Source: an uncultured Chthonomonas sp. (GTDB taxonomy: Bacteria; Armatimonadota; Chthonomonadetes; Chthonomonadales; CAJBBX01). From it: 64,000 nucleotides of DNA. The position numbers and the translations under genes are program-made. The notes beneath the pieces were generated by a model. The model worked only from the letters and a program-made list of their open reading frames with translations, had not been told where the DNA came from and ran no database searches. Of this stretch, positions 49,528-58,398 are shown piece after piece (the stretch's first letter is position 1; every line of letters starts with the position of its first letter). The stretch lies in the NCBI GenBank assembly GCA_903951425.1, contig CAJBBX010000083.1, positions 48,286-112,285 of the forward strand. The letters run 5' to 3'.

Positions 49528-51546
49528 TTGAGCGACACTTTGCGAAAGATGCGAACCACTGTCTTGCTGTGCCTATGCATGGGCGCTCTTGCGGCCCACG
49601 CGTTTGCGGCAGGCGAGGTCAAGGCCTGGGGCGATAACGCCTTCGGCGGCCTTGGCGACGGGTCCACCACGAACCGATCGACACCCGTGGCGACCTCAGG
49701 GCTTACCGACGTGACCGCAGTTGCCGGCGGCGACGGCTTCAGCCTGGCCCTCCGGTACGACAGCACGGTCTGGGCTTGGGGATACAACGCCGACGGCGAG
49801 CTCGGCATCGGCACCAACGTCGGCAAGCTGACGCCCGTGCAGATCCCGAGTCTCTCCAACGTCGTTGCCATCACGTCGTGCAACCACCATAGCCTGGCGC
49901 TAAAGTCCGATGGGACCGTCTGGGCTTGGGGCAAGAACACGTATGGACAGCTGGGCGACGGTACCACCACGGACCGCTGGGCGCCAGTGCAGGTGATCGG
50001 ACTGACCAACGTGCAGTCGATCGCCACCGGCGTCAACCACTCGCTGGCCAGCACGACCGGCGGCCTCGCCTACGCCTGGGGCCGCAACGAAGCCGGGCAG
50101 GTCGGCGACGGCTCCACGACGAACCGCTGGAACGCCGTGCAGGTGGCGACCATCACCAATGTGAAGGCCGTCTCCTCCCATGGCAACCTCCACAGTCACG
50201 CGCTGCTGAACGACGGCACGGTCTGGTCCTGGGGCAACAACTTCAACGGCCAGCTGGGCATCGGGACCACATCCAACCAGTTGACCCCCGCGATGATCCC
50301 TTCGTTCACCAACGTGAAGGCCATCGCCGGCGGGCACATCCACGGACTGGCCCTGAAGAACGACGGCACCGTCTACGGATGGGGCTACAACAACAACGGC
50401 AGCGTCGGCGACGGGACCACCACCAAGCGCCTCTCGCCGGTGCTCGTAGCGGGCATCAGCGGGATCGCCAAGATCGCCACCGGCTTCTACCAGTCGTTCG
50501 GCCTGAAGTCCGACGGCACGCTCTATGGCTGGGGCAAGAACTTCAACTGGCAGTTGGGCGACGGGACCTATGACGACCGCGTCAGTCCCATCGTGGTGCC
50601 GGGCCTCTCCGGCGTGGCCGACGTGGCGGGAGGCTGCGTCCACAGCCTGGCCTGCCTGACCAGCAGCAAGATCAACACGTCCACCTACGTGCCCGACCGC
50701 ACCGGCGTCATCACCACCACCCTCGCGCTGAAGGGCTACCTGAAGCGGCTCTCCGACAACGCCTGGCTCTCGGGCAAGGCGCTGGCGTTCAAGGTGGCGG
50801 GCACTGACGTCGGGTCGGCCAACACCAACGCCTCCGGCGAGGCTACCCTGAACTGGGTGATCACCGCAGGCGCCGCCAGCCGCACCATCCGCGCCGACTT
50901 CGCGGGCGACGCCACCTACAACGCCTCGTTCGGCACGGGCACCCTGACGGCGCAGACGCTGGCCACCAAGATTTACGTCGTCGACCGTACGCAGAAGATC
51001 AAGCAGTATGTCGTGCTGAAGGTCTACCTCTACACCCTGGCCAACGTGATCATCCCCGGCAAGCCCATCACCGTCAAGGTGGACGGCACGACCATTGGCA
51101 CCAGCAACACCAACGCCTCCGGGTACGTGCAGTGGGGCTACACGGTGCCTGAGGGTGCGGGCGCCGGCCTGCGCACCACGAACGGCGCCTTCGCGGGCGA
51201 CGCGGGCTACCTGGCTTCGTCCAACAACGGCAAGCTCACCGTGACCAAGGGCGACCTGTACATCTGGCCCTACATCCGATCGGGCAAGCGTGGCACAAGC
51301 CACCCGCTGAAGGCCTACGTCCGCAGCCTGCCTGACTACGTGATCCAGCCCGGCAAGTCGATCACCTTCAAGGTGAACGGCTCCGCCATCGGCACCACTG
51401 CGGTGGCCGTCGACGGATGGGCCACCGTCAACTGGGCGATCCCGGCCCTGGAGCCCGTCGGCGCCCACACCGGGGCGGCTGAGTTCACGGGTGATGCGTG
51501 GTACTCGGCTGTTACCGCCACCACCTCGTTCAACGTCGTCCTGTAG
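49528..51546 (+). CDS. Secreted RCC1-repeat beta-propeller protein with three C-terminal Ig-like domains
   Basis: Seven WGxNxxGxLGxG...HSLALxxDGTV repeats; AGGAGG 6 nt before TTG 49528 (alternative ATG 49549). Confidence 0.92.
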   Translation: MSDTLRKMRTTVLLCLCMGALAAHAFAAGEVKAWGDNAFGGLGDGSTTNRSTPVATSGLTDVTAVAGGDGFSLALRYDSTVWAWGYNADGELGIGTNVGKLTPVQIPSLSNVVAITSCNHHSLALKSDGTVWAWGKNTYGQLGDGTTTDRWAPVQVIGLTNVQSIATGVNHSLASTTGGLAYAWGRNEAGQVGDGSTTNRWNAVQVATITNVKAVSSHGNLHSHALLNDGTVWSWGNNFNGQLGIGTTSNQLTPAMIPSFTNVKAIAGGHIHGLALKNDGTVYGWGYNNNGSVGDGTTTKRLSPVLVAGISGIAKIATGFYQSFGLKSDGTLYGWGKNFNWQLGDGTYDDRVSPIVVPGLSGVADVAGGCVHSLACLTSSKINTSTYVPDRTGVITTTLALKGYLKRLSDNAWLSGKALAFKVAGTDVGSANTNASGEATLNWVITAGAASRTIRADFAGDATYNASFGTGTLTAQTLATKIYVVDRTQKIKQYVVLKVYLYTLANVIIPGKPITVKVDGTTIGTSNTNASGYVQWGYTVPEGAGAGLRTTNGAFAGDAGYLASSNNGKLTVTKGDLYIWPYIRSGKRGTSHPLKAYVRSLPDYVIQPGKSITFKVNGSAIGTTAVAVDGWATVNWAIPALEPVGAHTGAAEFTGDAWYSAVTATTSFNVVL

Positions 51547-51614
51547 ACCACGGAAACGCCGCTCCCGGTTGGCCCTTAACCGACCGGGGGCGGCGCCCCC
51601 TCTGCCCCGCCGTT

Positions 51615-53219
51615 TTACCCTCCAGGCGGAGCCGGCATCTTGCCTGCTTGGAGCAGCCCCGTCACATCGGTCAGGCCGTAGGGCGCGTTGGCCGTGGAGT
51701 AGTAGCTCCGGTCCGGCAGCAACGGGTAGTGTGCGCCGAAGAGGCGCGTCAGCACCAGCCGGAACGTGTTGACGGGCGAGATCGACGGGTACAGGTACTT
51801 CCGCACAGCCTCGGGAGCCCGATAGGCGTTGAGTATTGAGTAGGGCTCCTGGACGTCGGTTAGCTCGAGGCTCTCCCAGTCGAGGTTCATCCGCGAGCCG
51901 TGGTCGCCCTGGAGGATGATCACAGGGGGCCTTTTCGACTGCCGGATGATCTGGTCGATAGCCTCCAGCGTGCGTTTGTTGATGTACCGTAGCTGGTCGA
52001 TGTAGCCCTGGCGGTACTGCTCTCGCGACAGGCCTTGCAGCAGCCGTGATCCATCGTCGGCCGAGTAACCCCGGTCGGTCTTGACCTCCGAGCCGTCCGG
52101 CATGAAGGTGAACGGCGGGTGCGGCGCCATGATATGCGCGAAGACGAACTTGCGGTAGGGGAGCTTCGCCACGGATTCCAGGTGTTCGAATGCGGCCAGC
52201 ACCATCGCGCGGTGCCGCTCGAAGCCGCCGACGCTCGTGCCGGGCGAGGCGTCCAGTGCGCTCAGTCCCAGCACCTGTCCCTCGAACGACGACACCCCCG
52301 TATCGCTGTCCAGCACGAGGTCGGCCGTTTCGACGCGGGACTGGCCGGCGCCCGTCCAGATGTAGATGTACTTCAGGCCTGCGGCGCGGAGCTCATCGGC
52401 GACGCGGCTTCGGTCGATCATGGCCCGTAGCGGCTCCATGTTCGTGCCGGTCCGCCCCATGCGCTTCGCCAGATCGTCCAGGTACTCCATGTTGACCGCG
52501 CTGGCCAGGCACAGTGGCGTCTGCTCGTAGTTGGCCCGGCTCTCCCGAGTGATGGTGAAGCCGCGCTTCTCCAGTTCCCGCAGGAAGGGCTCGTTGTCAT
52601 AGCCGTAGTAGGCGCGCAGGGCGTCGGCACGACCGTAGGCGTCCAGCACGATGTAGTAGACGTCGGGCTTGACGGCGGCCACAGCTGAGGGAATGGGCCG
52701 TACGCGCCCCATGGGAACCGTGGGGATCGTCCGTGCGTGCTGAGGCGGCCTCGGTGGCGCCGGTCGCGCTCCGGCGCCGATGGCCCAGCACGAGGGTGCC
52801 ACAAGCGCGATCGAGGCCAGGTTCAGGGCCGACGTCAGCGTCGCCATGGACCCTTTGCGCCGCCAGGCCCAGACCGCCAGCGTAGCCATCGCCAGGACAA
52901 AGAGCGGGGCCAGCCAGCTGTGCATTGCCGCGGGAGCGAGGTTGCGCGCGTGGCCGTAAGAGAAGAACGCCAGCGCCGCGCCCGAGGCCACCAGCCCGCC
53001 TTTGTGGCCGCTGCGGGTGAGCAGCCCCACGATCAGCCAGACGGCGCAGGTGGCCGCAAGGGCCAGGGCCAGCGGGCGGATGATCTCGGCCGGGGTGATC
53101 TGGCCGAGGTTTCCGGCGTAGAGCGCCAGGATCGGATAGGCCGCGATGATGGCGGGGTGGATGATCCAGCTTCGGCGACCGCCATGGCTCGGGCCGTCGT
53201 CGCGTGGTTCTGACGACAT
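51615..53219 (-). CDS. Membrane-anchored sulfatase / alkaline-phosphatase-superfamily protein (LTA-synthase-like topology)
   Basis: About five N-terminal TM segments; PDVYYIVLDAY, NYEQT, HIMAPHPPF, LQGDHG. Confidence 0.85.
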   Translation of the reverse strand: MSSEPRDDGPSHGGRRSWIIHPAIIAAYPILALYAGNLGQITPAEIIRPLALALAATCAVWLIVGLLTRSGHKGGLVASGAALAFFSYGHARNLAPAAMHSWLAPLFVLAMATLAVWAWRRKGSMATLTSALNLASIALVAPSCWAIGAGARPAPPRPPQHARTIPTVPMGRVRPIPSAVAAVKPDVYYIVLDAYGRADALRAYYGYDNEPFLRELEKRGFTITRESRANYEQTPLCLASAVNMEYLDDLAKRMGRTGTNMEPLRAMIDRSRVADELRAAGLKYIYIWTGAGQSRVETADLVLDSDTGVSSFEGQVLGLSALDASPGTSVGGFERHRAMVLAAFEHLESVAKLPYRKFVFAHIMAPHPPFTFMPDGSEVKTDRGYSADDGSRLLQGLSREQYRQGYIDQLRYINKRTLEAIDQIIRQSKRPPVIILQGDHGSRMNLDWESLELTDVQEPYSILNAYRAPEAVRKYLYPSISPVNTFRLVLTRLFGAHYPLLPDRSYYSTANAPYGLTDVTGLLQAGKMPAPPGG

Positions 53220-53236
53220 GCCGGCGCCTCCTGTTT

Positions 53237-54670
53237 CTAGTTTAAGTACGGCGCGGGGCCGCTGTCCTCGAGGTGCGCCGCCATGGGCCTGGCCCGCAGC
53301 AGGAACAGCGACCGCTGGGAGCCCGCCACATCGGCCACGCGCACGGTCTCGAAGTGGGGAGCGAGGGCCGCCTCGAAGCCCTCCCGCGTGTATCCATCGA
53401 AGACGTCAGGCCGGCTGGCGAGCAGACGCTGCACCTGCGAGTCGGACTTCGGCACGAACTCGATGATGAGCCACTTGCCTGCGGCCTGCAGGAACCGCGC
53501 CACCGCCGGCAGGGGCACGTTGTTGCCGATCGCCAGGTGATGTACCAGCGCCAGGGCCAGCACGACGTCGGCGGGTCCGCGCTGCAACAGCGAGCGCCGC
53601 TCCGCGGACGCCCAGCCGAGGCCGGGACTGGGGCTGGTGAGGTCCTGCAGCAGCGGCAGGATGCGTGTGGCGCCGGACTTGCGGCACTCCAGGTAGTTGC
53701 GCTCCACGGCCGCGGGGTCCACGTCCCAGGCCACCACGTCGGCGCCGCGCTCGGCGGCCACGCGGCTGAAGGCGCCGGTATTGGCCCCCAGGTCCCATAC
53801 CCCGCGGGGCGCGGGCGACACGGCGTCCAGCATCTCGCCCACCAGCCGCCGCTTGCTCTCCATGGCCGCATCGGTGTAGTTCGTGTGGCCGTAGTAGTCC
53901 GCCCACTCGGTGCCCTCGGGTTGCCAGTTGAGCTTGCGGATCGTTCCCTCGAGGCTGTCTAGCAGGCCCAGGATGGCTGTCCGGCTGACGGTCCGCCCCG
54001 CGGCGTGCCGCTGCGCCTCGCCGTCGCCGCACCGCTTCTGTGCGCCGCCGTGGAGGTGGATGTGCGCCAGCAGGCCCGGGTTGAGCTTGCTGGAGCCCGG
54101 CAGGAGCCGCGCCGCCAGATCGAGCGGGATGCCGTCGACGTAGAGGCGCAGCAACTGCCCCTGACGGATATCGACCCGGCTCATCAGGGCCAGCGGAGCC
54201 AGGAAGTGTCGGCAGAACTGGCCGTAGGCCGCCCATGGCGCGCCCTCTTCGTACCGCTCGAACGAGAGCGTGTCGATGAAGACGGGCCGGCCGGCCACGA
54301 ACTGCACGTTGTATGCGCTGGCATCCTTCAGGCCGAGGCCGAGGCCCAGGGCTGTTTTCTGGATCCGCAGCGTGGCCAGGGCGGCGTCCTTCAACTGGCT
54401 GAAGCACCACTCATACGGGTAGGAGATGAACGGCACAGGCTCGGGCCGCAGGACGCGGTAGGCCCCCGGCGAGACCGCCGCCGCGGCGTCTACCTCGCTG
54501 TGCCGCACCAGCAGTCCGGCGTCCGCGAGGCTATCGTAGAGCCCGGATCCCAGGAGCAGGTCGTAGTCCCGGCTATAGCGGGGCTGCACCTGTCGGTACA
54601 GCACGCCGTCGCGCCGGAAGACGAACCCGCAGGGGTCCCTGAAGGATGCCGGGTCGACGCTCACGCTCAT
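53237..54670 (-). CDS. NoeA-like class I SAM-dependent methyltransferase with a kinase-like N-terminal domain
   Basis: SFRDP, ISYPYEW, LKDASAYN, FIDTLSF, WADYY, DLGANTG, LALVHHL. Confidence 0.88.
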   Translation of the reverse strand: MSVSVDPASFRDPCGFVFRRDGVLYRQVQPRYSRDYDLLLGSGLYDSLADAGLLVRHSEVDAAAAVSPGAYRVLRPEPVPFISYPYEWCFSQLKDAALATLRIQKTALGLGLGLKDASAYNVQFVAGRPVFIDTLSFERYEEGAPWAAYGQFCRHFLAPLALMSRVDIRQGQLLRLYVDGIPLDLAARLLPGSSKLNPGLLAHIHLHGGAQKRCGDGEAQRHAAGRTVSRTAILGLLDSLEGTIRKLNWQPEGTEWADYYGHTNYTDAAMESKRRLVGEMLDAVSPAPRGVWDLGANTGAFSRVAAERGADVVAWDVDPAAVERNYLECRKSGATRILPLLQDLTSPSPGLGWASAERRSLLQRGPADVVLALALVHHLAIGNNVPLPAVARFLQAAGKWLIIEFVPKSDSQVQRLLASRPDVFDGYTREGFEAALAPHFETVRVADVAGSQRSLFLLRARPMAAHLEDSGPAPYLN

Positions 54671-54894
54671 CCCTGGTTGTGCTTCTTCCCATGGCTGTGC
54701 GCTGCGATCATTACCGCTGTGCGCTCTCGCAGGCGGTGCCACTGGGTCTTGAGAGTGAAGAGGGCGGCAAGAATCCCCGCGAGGCCGATCTGCAGCATGT
54801 AGCTTCCGCTACCCGGATCGATGTACGCGTGGGCTGGGGCGCTGCTAATGATGAGCAGACCAATGACAAACGCGATAGGCATGGTAGTACACAT
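54667..54894 (-). CDS. Small membrane protein with AHAYIDPGSGS motif
   Basis: Signal-like segment ending AHA, then YIDPGSGS, a TM helix and a basic tail; ATGA overlap with the methyltransferase. Start may be 54882. Confidence 0.82.
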   Translation of the reverse strand: MCTTMPIAFVIGLLIISSAPAHAYIDPGSGSYMLQIGLAGILAALFTLKTQWHRLRERTAVMIAAHSHGKKHNQG

Positions 54895-55141
54895 CCCTTC
54901 ATTGGGTTGGCCGTTACCGGATGGAGATCCGATCGTGCCGCGTATCTCACAGACGGCAGTTCACCGGTCCGGGAACACCACGCGCCGGCTGCCTGTGCTT
55001 GGATAACCCTGAGTTCCGGTGGCAGGTTTCCAGTTGGCCGGACCGGTCGTCTGTTCACTTGAGGGCTGCAATGGCCTGCCATACTGAGTCGGGCGCCGGT
55101 TCTGCCGCCGCCCTACTTCCGCGCACCCAAGGGAGGTCACG

Positions 55142-56638
55142 TTGACGGCAACCCGCACTTTGTTCGCGGCCGCCCTGGCCCTTGTTGTCGCCGCCGCCCC
55201 GGCCTGCGCCGCGCCGTACCCGGCCGATCCCGTCGCCGCGGCGCTCAAGGCCGCCGGCAGGAACCGCGCCCAGATCCAACGCGTCCTCGCGCACTACGCC
55301 GCCGACGCGCAGAAGCTCGAGGCCGCCCGCAGCCTCCTCTCCAGCATGATCGGCAAGGCGTACAAGGTCGTGACCCAGGTGGACGCCCGCGGCCGCAAGG
55401 TCGACTTCGACTGCCTCCGCTACCCCAACCTCGAGGCGGCAATGCAGGCCTACGAGGCGCTGGAGAAGCAGCACGGCGCCCTGAGCGACCGCCCCACGCC
55501 GACGTTTGACCTGGCAACGCTGAAGGCCGACTTCCTCATCGACCACATCGACCGAGCCTTCGCGGCATGGAAGACGCTGCCCTGGGCCCGCGAGGTGACC
55601 TGGGAGACCTTCCGCGACTACGTGCTGCCCTACCGAGCCGGCAAGGAGCCCGCCGAGGCCTGGCGCGGCGAGCTGATGGCCCGCTATGCCGACCTGCCCG
55701 GCAAGATGAAGGACCCCGCCGACCTGCGCGAGGCCGCGGGCCTCATCAACGGCGACCTGGGCGGCTGGGTGGGCTTCTGGGACCTCTACTACATGCATCC
55801 CACCGAGCAGGGCTTCTCCGAGATGAAGCTGAGCCGCAAGGGCCGGTGCGGCGACCTGAGCAACCTGGCCATGTTCGCCCTCCGCGCCAACGGCATCCCC
55901 TGCGCCACGGACTACACGCCCTACTGGGCCGACGCAGGCAACAACCACGCCTGGCCCGTGACGCTGGATGCCCAGGGGCGCGGCCACGACAGCGTGGGCA
56001 AGGCAGCCAAGATCTACCGCAAGACCTTCGCCAACCACGCCGAGAACCTCTGCTACCAGCGCGGCGCCGCAGAGATCATCCCGGCCTGGCTGGACCGTCC
56101 AGACTATGTCGACGTCACCGCGCAGTACCTGCCCACCACCGACGTGACGCTGGCCCTCAGCGGCCCGCAGGCCCAAGCCGCCCACGCCTACCTCTGCGTT
56201 TTCAACGACGGCGAGTGGCGGCCGATCCAGTGGGGCGCGGCGCAGCAGGGGCGGGTCACCTTCGCTGCCATGGGCCGGAACATCGCCTACCTGCCGGCCA
56301 CGTTCGGCAAGGCAGGTGTGCAGTCCGCGGGCCCGCCCTTCATCCTCACGCCGGAGGGACAGGTTCGCCCGCTGCCGGCCTCTGCCGCGTTGCCGTCGGC
56401 CATCACCGTCGCCGCCACCGGTCGGGGAGCCGAGGGCTACCGGCTGACCACGGGCAAGGCATACGAGCTCTTCGTCTACGAGGCAGGCTGGCGTTCGCTG
56501 GGCAAGCAGACCGCCGAAGGCAAGCCGCTCACCTTCGCCGGCGCCCCCTCCGGCGGCCTCTACTGGCTGGTGGAGGAGGGCTCCCGGCGCGAGGAGCGCA
56601 TCTTCACGGTGGAGGCCGGCAAGCAGGTCTGGTGGTAG
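55142..56638 (+). CDS. Secreted transglutaminase-like domain protein
   Basis: RBS GGGAGG with TTG start; ALKAAGRNR, YVLPYR, GRCGDL (Cys), NHAW (His), KIYRKTF. Confidence 0.82.
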   Translation: MTATRTLFAAALALVVAAAPACAAPYPADPVAAALKAAGRNRAQIQRVLAHYAADAQKLEAARSLLSSMIGKAYKVVTQVDARGRKVDFDCLRYPNLEAAMQAYEALEKQHGALSDRPTPTFDLATLKADFLIDHIDRAFAAWKTLPWAREVTWETFRDYVLPYRAGKEPAEAWRGELMARYADLPGKMKDPADLREAAGLINGDLGGWVGFWDLYYMHPTEQGFSEMKLSRKGRCGDLSNLAMFALRANGIPCATDYTPYWADAGNNHAWPVTLDAQGRGHDSVGKAAKIYRKTFANHAENLCYQRGAAEIIPAWLDRPDYVDVTAQYLPTTDVTLALSGPQAQAAHAYLCVFNDGEWRPIQWGAAQQGRVTFAAMGRNIAYLPATFGKAGVQSAGPPFILTPEGQVRPLPASAALPSAITVAATGRGAEGYRLTTGKAYELFVYEAGWRSLGKQTAEGKPLTFAGAPSGGLYWLVEEGSRREERIFTVEAGKQVWW

Positions 56639-56646
56639 GTGCGGCT

Positions 56647-56709
56647 GTCAACGGCGTCAGGCCTTTGACGCTGTTGACCGTGCTGACCGTGCTGTCGGTG
56701 TGACGGCGG
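56647..56709. repeat. Inverted repeat plus 9-bp-period TGAC tandem repeats
   Basis: GTCAACGGCGTCA pairs with TGACGCTGTTGAC (one G-T); TGAC/TGTC starts at 56666, 56675, 56684, 56693 and 56701. Confidence 0.55.
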
Positions 56710-56725
56710 AGAACTGGAGGCGCGC

Positions 56726-58315
56726 TTGCTGAGCATCCTGCCGGCCCTCGTCATGGCCCTGGCCCCGCCTGCTTCGCCGGGCTTCACCGTGGGCATCGAA
56801 ATGCCCTCGCAGGTCCCTGTGCCGCTACCAGTGGAGCGGGCGCTGAAGGACATGGGCATCGGCTACGCGGGCTTCTATGTGGCCAACACGCCCGCATGGG
56901 AGCCGCCCGAGGCCGGCACGACCGAGGCCATGGTGGCCCTCTGCCGCCGCCTCGGCCTCAAGTTCACGCTCGACTGCCACCACCGCGACCCCTCGGCCGC
57001 GAGCATCCGGACCGCCGCCGCCGAGCCGGGCTTCCTGGGGGTGAAGATTGACGAGCTGACGCACGTCCGCCTCCTCTACCCCGAGTTCGCGCCGCCGGAG
57101 CGCGCCGCCATGCTGGCCGACCCGGCCACGTTCACGAGCCTGGAGCAGGCCAGTGCCGCCGCCGAGGCGGGCCTGGGCGCCCTGCGGACCAAGCTCAACG
57201 CGGTGGGCGCGCCCTCGGTCATCTCCGCCGAGGTCTGGCCTTCGCTGCTCCACGCCGCCGCGCGGGTGGGGATGACGCCCTGCCCCAAGGTCTGCAAGGA
57301 GTTCTACTCGCCCGTCAGTCTGGCTGTCGGCATGGGCGCCGCCCTGCAGTACGGCCGTCCGCTCTGGGTCGATGTGGATATGTGGTACTTCGCCCTGGTG
57401 CCGGGCCACCCCGCCGACGAGGTCCGCGCCAACCTGCAGCTGGCCTACTGGATGGGCGCCGACCTGGCCTACCTCGAGGGGAGCGGTTACAACCTGATAC
57501 CCGCCGGCAAGCAGGGCATCCCCTTCTCCCTGATGACCCAGGTCGACGCCGAACGCTACCAGCTGACCCCGCACGGCGAGATGCTGAAGGAGTTCTGCAC
57601 GAAGTACCTGCCCGCCAACCCGCGGCCCTACACCTTCCGCGACGTGCGGCCCACCATGGCGATCATCCGGTTTGACGACACCGACGTGGGCCAGAAGTCA
57701 TGGGGCGCCGACCGGCTCTACGGCACGACGCGCCTGAAGCCCGACAGCGACACCGCCGCCTGGCTGGGCCTCTGGAACGTGCTGACCCACGGCCGCACCG
57801 GCGCCGACGGCATCGCCTACTTCAAGGCCTCGATCAAGCACACCGGCGATGATCAGCGCTACCACCAGTCCGTGACGCCCTCCTACCTGACGGAGCCCGC
57901 CAGCGCCGAGCACCGCTTCTTCGTGCCGCTGAACGGCGCCGTGGTGTTCGACGAGAGGGTGGAGTACGATCGGCTGCGCGGTATCCCGTTGCTCTTCCTC
58001 ACGGGCAAGTCGGTGAGCCCCGCCACGCTGGCTGCCATCCGGCGATGCGTCAGCGAAGGCGCGCTCTGCGTGGCCTGGGCGCCCCTTGCGCGCTCCAGCG
58101 GTCTTACGCCGCCCGCCGGTCACAGCGCTGTTCGCCGCCTGGGCAAGGGCCGCCTGATCCTCACCGACGACTTCCAGAGCCCCGCGACCGTGACGCACTA
58201 CCGCCGCTTCCTGGGCAAGCCCGACGAGATACGCTACACCTTCGGAGCGCGGAGCGTCGCCCTGAAGCGCGTGACCGACAACACCGTGGATGTGCGCGTG
58301 AGCCCCGCGCGGTGA
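56726..58315 (+). CDS. Secreted hypothetical protein, possible glycosidase TIM barrel
   Basis: RBS GGAGG with TTG start; long ORF with strong GC3 bias; IDE and CKEFY candidate acidic motifs. Confidence 0.65.
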   Translation: MLSILPALVMALAPPASPGFTVGIEMPSQVPVPLPVERALKDMGIGYAGFYVANTPAWEPPEAGTTEAMVALCRRLGLKFTLDCHHRDPSAASIRTAAAEPGFLGVKIDELTHVRLLYPEFAPPERAAMLADPATFTSLEQASAAAEAGLGALRTKLNAVGAPSVISAEVWPSLLHAAARVGMTPCPKVCKEFYSPVSLAVGMGAALQYGRPLWVDVDMWYFALVPGHPADEVRANLQLAYWMGADLAYLEGSGYNLIPAGKQGIPFSLMTQVDAERYQLTPHGEMLKEFCTKYLPANPRPYTFRDVRPTMAIIRFDDTDVGQKSWGADRLYGTTRLKPDSDTAAWLGLWNVLTHGRTGADGIAYFKASIKHTGDDQRYHQSVTPSYLTEPASAEHRFFVPLNGAVVFDERVEYDRLRGIPLLFLTGKSVSPATLAAIRRCVSEGALCVAWAPLARSSGLTPPAGHSAVRRLGKGRLILTDDFQSPATVTHYRRFLGKPDEIRYTFGARSVALKRVTDNTVDVRVSPAR

Positions 58316-58334
58316 TGTGCGGATCGATGCAAAG

Positions 58335-58374
58335 CCCAGCGCCCCCGGAAGCCGAAGCCTCCGGGGGCGCTGGG
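58335..58374 (-). terminator. Strong hairpin with UUCG loop on the minus strand, between convergent genes
   Basis: CCCAGCGCCCCCGGA pairs with TCCGGGGGCGCTGGG; followed by CTTT on the minus strand; degenerate copy near 61705-61742. Confidence 0.7.
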
Positions 58375-58398
58375 TGCGTCTCAGGCTGGAGCGCCGGG

